9,616 nt of DNA from Candidatus Helarchaeota ASGARD archaeon Hel_GB_B (lineage in GTDB: Archaea; Asgardarchaeota; Lokiarchaeia; Helarchaeales; HEL-GB-B): contig SUPR01000116.1 of the NCBI GenBank assembly GCA_005191425.1, forward strand, positions 1 through 9,616, read 5' to 3'. Below, one piece after another: positions 1-7,855 of this stretch. The translations under genes and the position numbers were made by a program. Positions within the stretch are counted from its first letter, which is position 1, and every line of letters begins with the position of its first letter. Below the pieces are notes generated by a model. That model had not been told where the DNA came from and searched no databases. It saw nothing but the letters and a program-made list of their open reading frames with translations.

Positions 1-1560
1 TGATATTAATTTTGATTTTTCATCAATAATTTCTTTAAGTTTATCATTTTCTTGTTGTAATTCATCAATTTTATTAATTTCAAGTTGATTTTTTTCAATA
101 GTTTTTTTGAAATCCTCATTTTCTTGAATTAAAGAGCTAATTTTTTTATTTAATTCATCAATTTCATCTTCTAGTGTATTAATAAACCCATCCTTTTCAA
201 TTAAAGACGATTTTAAGCTCTCGTATTCAAGTTGGTCAATTTTAATTTGACCTTGAATTTTTTGGTTTTCATCTTTAAGAGTTTGAATTTCAGTATTGAG
301 TTTATCTATAATTTCATCTTTTTTACTAGCATCAGCCAGTTCCAAATCCTTTTTTTCCAACATATCTTGTAGTTTTTGTTTTTCTATCTTAAGTTCTTTA
401 ATTTTTTGGGTAAGATTATCATAATCATAAATTTTTTCATTAAGTGATTTTATTTCTTCATTTTTTTCATTTATTGTTTTATTTAAATTGGACAATTTCT
501 CTTCAAAAGATTCAATTTTTAACTTTTCTAAATTTTGAGTTTCTTTTTCCTGGTTCAATTCTGCAATCTCTTTCTTCAATTTAGAGATTTGTTCTTGGTA
601 TTTATTTTCCATTTCGGAATAATCTTTATTTAATTTATCAATTTCAGAATCTCTTTTTTCAAGTTCATTTTTTAGTTCTTGATATGTTGAGTCCATAGAG
701 CTCAAAGCTTGAGGTATTTTTTCAATCAATTTTTCTCCAAGTAGTCTATTTTGTTCATTAATTTTTTTCTTTAGGGTATTTAATTCATTTGAATGTTCTA
801 TTCTCAAGGATTCTATCATATTTTCATAATTTGATTTGATTTGCTCTATTTCATTATTTAATGATGTTATTTTATTTTTATATTCAGATTTAATTTTGGC
901 TATATTACTATTTAATTGCTCAATCTTATTTGAATAGTCTGATATTTTTTTATCATATTCATTAATTTTTTCATTTTGGACTAGATTTTTATTTCTTAAT
1001 TCTGAAATTATACTTTTTAAATTTGCAATGTCGTCTTCTTTTTTAATTAATTCATCTTCTTGAATTTTAACTTCATCTTGGAATTGTTTTATTATTTTAG
1101 ATTTTTTATCTAATTCATCATTAAATTCCTGAATTTTTCTGTTGAGACTATTTATCTGTTTAAGGTAATTTTCCCGTAATTTAGATAATTCTGAATCTTT
1201 ATTTAAAATTATTTCATTAAGATTATTTTTTTCTCTCCGATAATTTTCTTTTAATTCATTTAATTCGTCTCGTAGTAACTTTAAATTTTTATTAAATTGT
1301 TCATTAATATCTTGGTCAATGTTATTTTCTTCAATCTCTATTTGTTCTATGACATTTTTATTATTTTGTTCGTTATATTCTTCGGTTATTAGTTCAAAAT
1401 CATTATTTTCTTCATTATTTTGGTTATCCTCAGAGATTTGCGAATTAATGTCATCTGTAGTGGTCGTTATATTTTCATTCTCAACTTCTTCACCGGAAGA
1501 TTTATCAATATTTTCATTATTTTCTTGCTTTACTTCAAGTTCTCTATGATCATCGTCCAA
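1..1560 (-). CDS. Long coiled-coil protein, truncated at the window edge (>=520 aa): acidic low-complexity head followed by an alpha-helical rod
   Basis: Manual translation of the minus frame from TTG at 1560-1558 (in-frame TAA 7 codons upstream, GAGG about 10 nt upstream) gives 520 codons without a stop: MDDDHRELEVKQENNENIDK...LQQENDKLKEIIDEKSKLIS. The first ~85 aa are E/N/D-rich. The rest is E/K/L/I/N/Q-rich with heptad-like spacing and only one Pro. It is missing from the ORF track because its stop lies outside the window. Confidence 0.93.
   Translation of the reverse strand, partial: MDDDHRELEVKQENNENIDKSSGEEVENENITTTTDDINSQISEDNQNNEENNDFELITEEYNEQNNKNVIEQIEIEENNIDQDINEQFNKNLKLLRDELNELKENYRREKNNLNEIILNKDSELSKLRENYLKQINSLNRKIQEFNDELDKKSKIIKQFQDEVKIQEDELIKKEDDIANLKSIISELRNKNLVQNEKINEYDKKISDYSNKIEQLNSNIAKIKSEYKNKITSLNNEIEQIKSNYENMIESLRIEHSNELNTLKKKINEQNRLLGEKLIEKIPQALSSMDSTYQELKNELEKRDSEIDKLNKDYSEMENKYQEQISKLKKEIAELNQEKETQNLEKLKIESFEEKLSNLNKTINEKNEEIKSLNEKIYDYDNLTQKIKELKIEKQKLQDMLEKKDLELADASKKDEIIDKLNTEIQTLKDENQKIQGQIKIDQLEYESLKSSLIEKDGFINTLEDEIDELNKKISSLIQENEDFKKTIEKNQLEINKIDELQQENDKLKEIIDEKSKLIS
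781..939 (-). repeat. Three tandem 18-aa repeats within the coiled-coil protein
   Basis: aa 208-260: DYSNKIEQLNSNIAKIKS / EYKNKITSLNNEIEQIKS / NYENMIESLRIEHSNEL; Tyr at 209, 227 and 245. Confidence 0.75.
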
Positions 1561-1671
1561 TCTTTTAAGCCTCTTAACTTAATTAATAATTAATAAATTA
1601 TCACAATTAAAATATCTATAATTCAATTTAAAGATTTATAAAATAAAAAATTAATAAAGTGAAATTAAGAA
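1561..1671. promoter_or_regulatory. Divergent promoter region with candidate TATA box TTTATAAA at 1635-1642
   Basis: 111-bp spacer between two divergent genes. The self-complementary TTTATAAA ends about 30 nt upstream of the GT start at 1672, which fits archaeal TATA spacing for a short-leader or leaderless mRNA. The AT-rich background limits confidence. Confidence 0.45.
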
Positions 1672-2892
1672 TTGAAAATATTATTTATTTTAAATAGTTT
1701 TTATCCAAGCATTGGTGGAGTTGAAAAAGTCACTGAAAATTATTGCAATGAATTAATAAAAATGGGTCATGAAATTTATCTAATATCGTTCAGGAGAGGT
1801 CAAATCAGTTCAATGAATTTAAATACTACTCCTGATTTTGAAGTTTATAATGGTATTAATCTTTACCGAGTATCCGACCGGTTTTATGGTATTTTTATGT
1901 TTTTTAAGATGATAAAAATATATAAAAAAGTAAAATTCGATTTAATTCAGTTTAGTGATTTTTGGGGTGTTTTTGCAATTTTTTTTAAATTGAAATATAA
2001 TATACCAATCGTCCATCATCTGCATGGTTATCAGGAAATTTGTCCGACCGGATTATATCTCTGTGGTAATAGTCATAAATATTCAATAAAACAATGTCAT
2101 TCATACTGTAGTCAAGGGTTATTGAAAATCTTAAGAGAGCGATTTATATACAAATCTATCTGGAAGTTTACCGACCTAATTGTTGCTGTAAGTGACGCAG
2201 TAAAATTTGCGTATATAAAAACTAAATTCTCATTAAAGAAAAAAATATTAACTATTTACAATGGAATATCTTTAGACGAGAATGGGGCGAGTAGTAGCAC
2301 CAAAAATTTATATCAAATAGATAATTCTAATGAAAAAAAAGACCGAGTTCTATTATTCGTTGGGAGGTTAATTGACCATAGGAACATAATCAAAATAATT
2401 CGGATACTTCCGGAACTAATCGAAAAAATAAGCAATTTAAAATTAATTATAACTGGGTCTGGCCCTAAAGCACTACTATTAAAAAGTGAAGTAGAAAAAA
2501 ATGGGTTAAATAAAAATGTTGTATTTACGGGAATATTAACAGGAGATAAATTAGCCAATATGTATCTGAATGCAGATCTATTAGTTATGCCAATAACATT
2601 TCCAGAGCCATTGAGTACGGTAATAATTGAAGCAATGTCAAAAGGTTGTCCAGTAATTACTTTTAATATTGGTGGAATGCCTGAAATTATTGATAATGAA
2701 AAAGATGGTTTCTTAATCCCACCATATGATTGGGAGCTATTTAAGGAAAAAATTATCAAGATATTAACTGATAATAAAAAGTTGATTAAAATTAAACAAA
2801 ATGCCAAAAAAAAGGTCGAATTAAAATTTAATATTAGAAATCAAGCTAGAAAAATAAATAAAATTTATCTTAAACTGATGGGTAGAAAATAG
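1672..2892 (+). CDS. Glycosyltransferase family 4 (GT-B, RfaB-like) with a Cys/His-rich insert
   Basis: TTG start (in-frame TAA two codons upstream). Typical GT4 N-terminus MKILFILNSFYPSIGGVE; IYNGIS; LLFVGRL; E-x7-E motif EPLSTVIIEAMSKGCPVI; GGMPEII. Confidence 0.95.
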   Translation: MKILFILNSFYPSIGGVEKVTENYCNELIKMGHEIYLISFRRGQISSMNLNTTPDFEVYNGINLYRVSDRFYGIFMFFKMIKIYKKVKFDLIQFSDFWGVFAIFFKLKYNIPIVHHLHGYQEICPTGLYLCGNSHKYSIKQCHSYCSQGLLKILRERFIYKSIWKFTDLIVAVSDAVKFAYIKTKFSLKKKILTIYNGISLDENGASSSTKNLYQIDNSNEKKDRVLLFVGRLIDHRNIIKIIRILPELIEKISNLKLIITGSGPKALLLKSEVEKNGLNKNVVFTGILTGDKLANMYLNADLLVMPITFPEPLSTVIIEAMSKGCPVITFNIGGMPEIIDNEKDGFLIPPYDWELFKEKIIKILTDNKKLIKIKQNAKKKVELKFNIRNQARKINKIYLKLMGRK

Positions 2893-2895
2893 TCT

Positions 2896-4065
2896 ATGAA
2901 TATCTGTATTGTAAGTTCCGGGTCTATATATGATTTAATTCCACCAATTTATGGAGGTGGAATACAGAATTATATTTTTTCAATTTCAAAATGTCTGGTT
3001 GCAAAAGGGCATAAGATAATTGTAATTTCAGGGTTATCCTATTCCAATCTCAAACAGTACGAAAAAATTCAAGGTATTGAAATATATCGGATTAAAAAAA
3101 TAAGAAATAAATCTTTATCGACTTTATCATTTAGTCTAAATATAATTAAAATTCTTAAAGAAATAATTAGAAAATATAAAATTCAAGTTATTCATACAAA
3201 TAGTCGAGTAAGCACCAGTATTATTAGACTATTTTTTCCTAATATGCCAATTATATTTACAGAACATAACTGGGATATTCTAATTGCTCCGCCTGGGTAT
3301 AATGCGCCATCGATTTTTTATCCATTAATGTTAATTTTTGAGTTAATGGCATTAAAATTTTCTAACTCAATCGTCTGTCTTACAAAATTTTCTTGTGCAA
3401 TTATTAAGAATTTATTATGGGAGAAAAATATCAAGAAAAAAATACATCATATACCCAATTTTATAGATTTAACGCTTTTAAACAAATATAATAAAAAATT
3501 AGAGAAAAAATTAGGCGATAAGAAATTTTTTATATATATTGGAAGACTAGAAATTGAAAAAAATCTTTTTACCTTATTAAGAGCATTTTCATATATTATT
3601 AAAGAAAAACCTGACTTAAATTTGTATATTATTGGCTTAGGGCCATTATTTAATAAATTAATAAAATTTAAAGAAGAATTAAAATTAAAAAATTGTAAAA
3701 TTTTGGGAAAAATTACAAACAAAGATAAATACACTTATTTGAAAAATTGTAAGGGTTTGATTTTACCCTCATTTTATGAAATTATGCCAACTGTATTACT
3801 AGAAGCATTTGCATTTAAAAAACCAGTAATAGCAAGTTCAATTCCTGCAAATAAATCTTTGATCAATGATAATAGTACTGGATATCTTTTTGATCCAAAT
3901 AACATTGAACAATTAATTAATATATTAAGAAATATCTTAAATAATGAGTCAAAATCTAATACAATTGGAGAAAATGGATATAAAATTTTGAAAAATAAAT
4001 TTATTTTAAATACACAGATTAAAAAAATACTTCAAGTCTATAGGAATTACGCGAGAAAAAAATGA
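2896..4065 (+). CDS. Glycosyltransferase family 4 (GT-B)
   Basis: PPIYGGGIQ N-terminal loop; HIPNFID; YIGRLEIEKN; E-x7-E motif EIMPTVLLEAFAFKKPVIAS. Starts 3 nt after the previous stop. Confidence 0.95.
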   Translation: MNICIVSSGSIYDLIPPIYGGGIQNYIFSISKCLVAKGHKIIVISGLSYSNLKQYEKIQGIEIYRIKKIRNKSLSTLSFSLNIIKILKEIIRKYKIQVIHTNSRVSTSIIRLFFPNMPIIFTEHNWDILIAPPGYNAPSIFYPLMLIFELMALKFSNSIVCLTKFSCAIIKNLLWEKNIKKKIHHIPNFIDLTLLNKYNKKLEKKLGDKKFFIYIGRLEIEKNLFTLLRAFSYIIKEKPDLNLYIIGLGPLFNKLIKFKEELKLKNCKILGKITNKDKYTYLKNCKGLILPSFYEIMPTVLLEAFAFKKPVIASSIPANKSLINDNSTGYLFDPNNIEQLINILRNILNNESKSNTIGENGYKILKNKFILNTQIKKILQVYRNYARKK

Positions 4066-5222
4066 AAATTCTTTATGTCACACTTCAATTTTATCCTAAT
4101 GCTTACGGAAGTGGTATACATGCATATGAAATTTGTAAACAGCTTTTAAATTTAGGTTATAAGGTAGTAATTTTAACACTGAGTAAATTTAATAGATTAT
4201 CACATGAAAATTGGAATGGGCTCGAAATTTACAGAATTAGATTACCATTTAACAATCCGTATTATAATCCATTAAATCCGTTAATATTTTGGCTTTTAGG
4301 TAAACGTATAGCGGGCAAAATAAAAGCAGACATACTCATAGGTCATGGATTTGAGACAAGTTTATTCATAAAATATTCAAAAATCCCTATTAAAATTTAT
4401 AAAGCAAATGGTTCAATGATAGTTCAAAATAAAATACGTCCCAAAATTACTTGGCAAGATAAATTAGGAAAAATCGGATTTTACTTTCTTTCTAAATTAG
4501 AAAAAGAAGCTTGTAAATTTTCCGATAGAATTATAGCAATTTCAGGGTCAATTAAAAAGGAATTATCATTAAATTATAACATATCTCCTAGTAAAATCAT
4601 AAAAATCTTCAATGGAATTGATTATAATAGGTTTAACATTAAAAATCAAAATAATATACACAGAAAATTTAAAAAAGTAATTTATGTTGGAAGATTATCT
4701 TCAATTAAAGGTCCACAAAACATTTTAAAAATTGTCCCTTCAATTATATTGAAATATGGGAAAAATATTCGGTTTGAATTCATTGGAAATGGCCCTCTTT
4801 ATAAATATTTGAAAAGGATGCTTAAAAATTCTAAATATTTAGATTTTATTAAATTCATAGGCGCAGTCCCTAATAATAAAATGCCATTAATTTATTCTAA
4901 TGCAGATCTTTGTATCATTCCATCTTATTATGAACCTTTTGGGCTGGTAGCACTAGAATGTATTGCATCTAATTTACCTGTTTTAGCTTCAAATATTGGT
5001 GGACTTTCTGAAATATTTAATAAATTTAATAATGACCTTTTATTTTCGATAAAAAATAAAGAAGAATTAATTAACAAAACTATTTCTAATCTTTCAAAAA
5101 CAAGAAAATTAAATTCACAAGAAAAAATCAATCAATTTCTTGAAAAAAATTTTAATTGGGCCGAAAATGCACTTCAAACTCATAGATTGATACTACAAAT
5201 AAAAAGAAGTAAAAATTTATAG
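4062..5222 (+). CDS. Glycosyltransferase family 4 (GT-B, MshA/RfaB-like)
   Basis: MKILYVTLQFYPNAYGSG; IFNGID; YVGRLSSIKG; PSYYEPFGLVALE (E-x7-E); SNIGGLSEI. ATGA overlap with the upstream gene at 4062-4065. Confidence 0.95.
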   Translation: MKILYVTLQFYPNAYGSGIHAYEICKQLLNLGYKVVILTLSKFNRLSHENWNGLEIYRIRLPFNNPYYNPLNPLIFWLLGKRIAGKIKADILIGHGFETSLFIKYSKIPIKIYKANGSMIVQNKIRPKITWQDKLGKIGFYFLSKLEKEACKFSDRIIAISGSIKKELSLNYNISPSKIIKIFNGIDYNRFNIKNQNNIHRKFKKVIYVGRLSSIKGPQNILKIVPSIILKYGKNIRFEFIGNGPLYKYLKRMLKNSKYLDFIKFIGAVPNNKMPLIYSNADLCIIPSYYEPFGLVALECIASNLPVLASNIGGLSEIFNKFNNDLLFSIKNKEELINKTISNLSKTRKLNSQEKINQFLEKNFNWAENALQTHRLILQIKRSKNL

Positions 5223-5233
5223 AAAAAAGAAAA
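5223..5233 (-). terminator. Candidate oligo-T terminator (TTTTCTTTTTT on the minus strand) between convergent genes
   Basis: The 11-bp spacer between the convergent stops reads AAAAAAGAAAA on +, i.e. a T-tract directly after the TAA of the HhH-Yip1 gene, as in archaeal intrinsic terminators. Confidence 0.4.
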
Positions 5234-6202
5234 TTATTGTTTAGGTACTGCTAATGCTCCTTTAATTAATACAATAAAGACCCATAATGCAATAATTCCT
5301 GCTATTAAAGGTACCAGATATGCTTTTATTCCGAATAGATATGAACTATCTATGAATTTTATACCAATTGCTATTATGAAAAACAATCCAGGAGCAGCTC
5401 CAACGCCCATTACTGCAGCGGTATTCGAAAAGTTTCCTCCTTTAACACCTTTTACTATTCCACTAATTATGATCCAACTGATTATCATAACTCCGATTAT
5501 AACTAAAAACCATCCCCAATAAAACTGGATTGAACCATAAACTGAAATGACCAAACTTCCAATGACCGGGATGATATTGTAAAAATCAATTAACATTTTT
5601 GAATTTGTTAAGGTTAAATATAACCCTAATATACAGATGCCAATTAATAGTAAAAAGAACCCACTACCGATATTTCCAGCTGAATATACTGATTTAAAAG
5701 TAGCTTTACTCCCGACTAATGCGCCAGAAAATTTCCCAAATCCAGATACGGTCGCAACAGGTATTGTTTTTTTAACTTTTCTCTCTTCAGGTGGCAATTT
5801 TTTCAAAGCTTTTGCCCGTTTAATCCATTCTCTAATTAAAATAATTTCTATTCCTGTATCTTCAGATAATAATTCAGGGGACTCCTCTGATAAGTCATTA
5901 ATACTCATAACTCCCGCTGAAACCAATCTTCTTGCGTCTTCCAATTTGATCTCTAATAATTGGCTTAATTCTGCTATTGATGAATCTACTTCCAAGAACT
6001 TTTTTCTTTCTTTTGCTCTGGCTAAAATTATCCATGTAGTTAGTTTCTTTTTTTCTATTGAAGTTGATTTTGATAATTCATCAGGAATTGATTGTCCTAA
6101 TTGCTTAATACTTTTTATACCAGCTGCAATTAAACGTTGGGCGTCTTTCTTTGATATCCCCTTGATTTTCATAAGTTCAGTGACAATTTTTTCTTCAGAC
6201 AT
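5234..6202 (-). CDS. Tandem helix-hairpin-helix (DUF4332/HHH_5-like) domains fused to a Yip1-like multi-pass membrane domain
   Basis: aa 9-63 and 78-132 are HhH-type repeats (LMKIKGISKKDAQRLIAAGIKSIKQL...W57 and LSQLLEIKLEDARRLVSAGVMSINDL...W126). The C-terminal ~170 aa has about 4 hydrophobic segments with Yip1-like hallmarks: ALVGSKATFKSV before TM1, F-x-x-T...MGVGAAPG, and LWVFIVLIKG. SD-like AAGGGA upstream of the ATG. Confidence 0.8.
   Translation of the reverse strand: MSEEKIVTELMKIKGISKKDAQRLIAAGIKSIKQLGQSIPDELSKSTSIEKKKLTTWIILARAKERKKFLEVDSSIAELSQLLEIKLEDARRLVSAGVMSINDLSEESPELLSEDTGIEIILIREWIKRAKALKKLPPEERKVKKTIPVATVSGFGKFSGALVGSKATFKSVYSAGNIGSGFFLLLIGICILGLYLTLTNSKMLIDFYNIIPVIGSLVISVYGSIQFYWGWFLVIIGVMIISWIIISGIVKGVKGGNFSNTAAVMGVGAAPGLFFIIAIGIKFIDSSYLFGIKAYLVPLIAGIIALWVFIVLIKGALAVPKQ
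5807..6178 (-). repeat. Two ~55-aa HhH repeats offset by 69 aa
   Basis: Shared pattern EL..I/L..I...DA.RL..AG..SI..L....P..LS..T.IE......WI..A in both copies. Confidence 0.85.
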
Positions 6203-6463
6203 TATTCTTCCCTTATCGTCCTTTCATTTTTATTCTATGAGTACTTTATTTCAATTAAGATTATTAAAATTTTTGTATTCTTCAAAGAAATTGGTATTTA
6301 CTAATCTTTATTTCTATTAAAATGGTTAAATTAATTTATCTATGAATTTAAAAAATTTTATGAAAGATTAGTATAAATCTTTGAAAAAAGTTTAGTAATT
6401 TTAAATATTGAATAAATATTTCAGGGATCAATCGTTAATTTTAATTTATAGTTCTATTTTTAT

Positions 6464-7603
6464 TTAAAGTTGTAATTTTTTAAATATAAAATCAATGATA
6501 TCATTATAATGTGGAGGACATCCTTTACAATATTCCTCATTTATTTGTTTTGCAAAATTTTTAGTACAATTTCCTAAAAGTATTGGTTTTTTACAATTTT
6601 CTGGCAATTTCTCCCACCCGCTACCTTGAATAATATCAATCCATTCATATTTTGAACTTAATTCATTAAATTTCGATCTTAAATCTTCATTAAAATTTAT
6701 TTTTCTAAGAGTCTGTGATAGTGCGATTTGGCACAAAGTACATATTTTTTCATTTTGATAGGAGATAATATTTCCATACACAATTTTTTTAGCAGGTTTA
6801 ATAAAGTCTGACCTGACTTCATCTAAACTAATACCCAGGTTAGTGAACTTAACTTTTGGGATATGCTTTATCTCATCCACATTAAACCCCATAATCTGAG
6901 CAGCTACATTATCTAATTCAACAATGTTGTTTTCGCCTATTGCAGCCAGCAAGATGTTCATATTTTTTACTTTTGTTTGTGGATTTTGAGTTGGTCCTGA
7001 TCCTTCAAGTGCTGTTATTGCGTCCATTAAAACTAAGTCTGGTTTGACAATTTTACTTAATTCCATTATCATACCATGTAAATTCTCTTTATGGAACTTC
7101 CTTTTTGTGCCTAAATTGAGTAGTCCTTTTTGATTTTTACAAGATAAAGTCACTGTAGTCATAGTATGTGTTTTCATTTTTGGGACATTGATATATTCAA
7201 ATTCTTTATCGAATACAATCTTTGGAAGCAGAATTTTACCAAATTTCCAGTCAACTTTTATTCTCTCTTCGTGTTCTAAATTTAAAATTTTAATTCCAAA
7301 TTCCTTTTCAATTTTGTCATATTTTGTTGTTTTTAATAGTTGTTCAAAATGCTCCGGCTTGGTAAAAAAACCTGTACCTTCACCTATTACAATTTCTTCA
7401 GCACCAATATCCTGAAAATATTCAATTAAGGCTTTAATTAATTTATAGTTTACAATTACTGCTGAACTTGGTGGTAGTGCATCAACAATATTTGGTTTGA
7501 TAAAAACTTTCTTTTTTCTAAGTTTATATCCAATCAATTCTAATAATTTTGTTATGTTTTCCTTTGCATTATTATATTTGGATCTAACAATACCAACGAC
7601 CAT
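6464..7603 (-). CDS. DUF362-family protein with a C-terminal putative Fe-S-binding module
   Basis: DUF362 hallmarks VFIKPN, IGEG, PKMKTH, LSCKNQKG and DAITALEGSGP; C-terminal CTLC...LLGNCT...CKGCPP. Confidence 0.9.
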   Translation of the reverse strand: MVVGIVRSKYNNAKENITKLLELIGYKLRKKKVFIKPNIVDALPPSSAVIVNYKLIKALIEYFQDIGAEEIVIGEGTGFFTKPEHFEQLLKTTKYDKIEKEFGIKILNLEHEERIKVDWKFGKILLPKIVFDKEFEYINVPKMKTHTMTTVTLSCKNQKGLLNLGTKRKFHKENLHGMIMELSKIVKPDLVLMDAITALEGSGPTQNPQTKVKNMNILLAAIGENNIVELDNVAAQIMGFNVDEIKHIPKVKFTNLGISLDEVRSDFIKPAKKIVYGNIISYQNEKICTLCQIALSQTLRKINFNEDLRSKFNELSSKYEWIDIIQGSGWEKLPENCKKPILLGNCTKNFAKQINEEYCKGCPPHYNDIIDFIFKKLQL

Positions 7604-7855
7604 AATTTTTCATCTTGGGCTTTAAATAAATACTATAAATTAGTCTAATTCTATAAATAATTATAATATATAAAAAGATGTATTTAATATTATTAAAAAT
7701 ATTCTAATAATTGTTTAAATATTCTTATTATTAATTGTTTTCGATTTTTGTATCTTTATCTATTTTATTATTTATCGAAAATAACTAAATTATTACCCAA
7801 ATGGTAATTTATTTTATAAAATTATAATAACTGAAAAATGTAATTGTAATATTTC

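Noticed and set aside
1319-1549. 76-aa plus-strand ORF (S/F/L-rich)
   Set aside because: Antisense shadow of the acidic head of the coiled-coil gene; its composition mirrors the reverse complement of E/N/K codons.
1-1560. Calling the coiled-coil protein SMC or Rad50
   Set aside because: No N-terminal Walker A motif; the N-terminus is acidic and low-complexity.
2313-2807. 164-aa minus-strand ORF
   Set aside because: Lies entirely antisense to GT1, which has clear family motifs; no recognisable domain.
3447-3734. 95-aa minus-strand ORF
   Set aside because: Antisense shadow of GT2.
4928-5131. 67-aa minus-strand ORF
   Set aside because: Antisense shadow of GT3.
6213-6227. Four-codon upstream ORF (MKGR*) whose stop overlaps the SD-like AAGGGA of the HhH-Yip1 gene
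   Set aside because: Such short ORFs are expected by chance; there is no evidence of translation.
5637-6320. 227-aa plus-strand ORF
   Set aside because: Mostly antisense to the HhH-Yip1 gene; no motifs, and its length is explained by codon bias on the opposite strand.
7188-7415. 75-aa plus-strand ORF
   Set aside because: Antisense shadow of the DUF362 gene.
7683-7822. Short AT-only palindromes (TTTAATATTATTAAA at 7683-7697; ATTTTATAAAAT at 7811-7822)
   Set aside because: Expected by chance in intergenic DNA this AT-rich.
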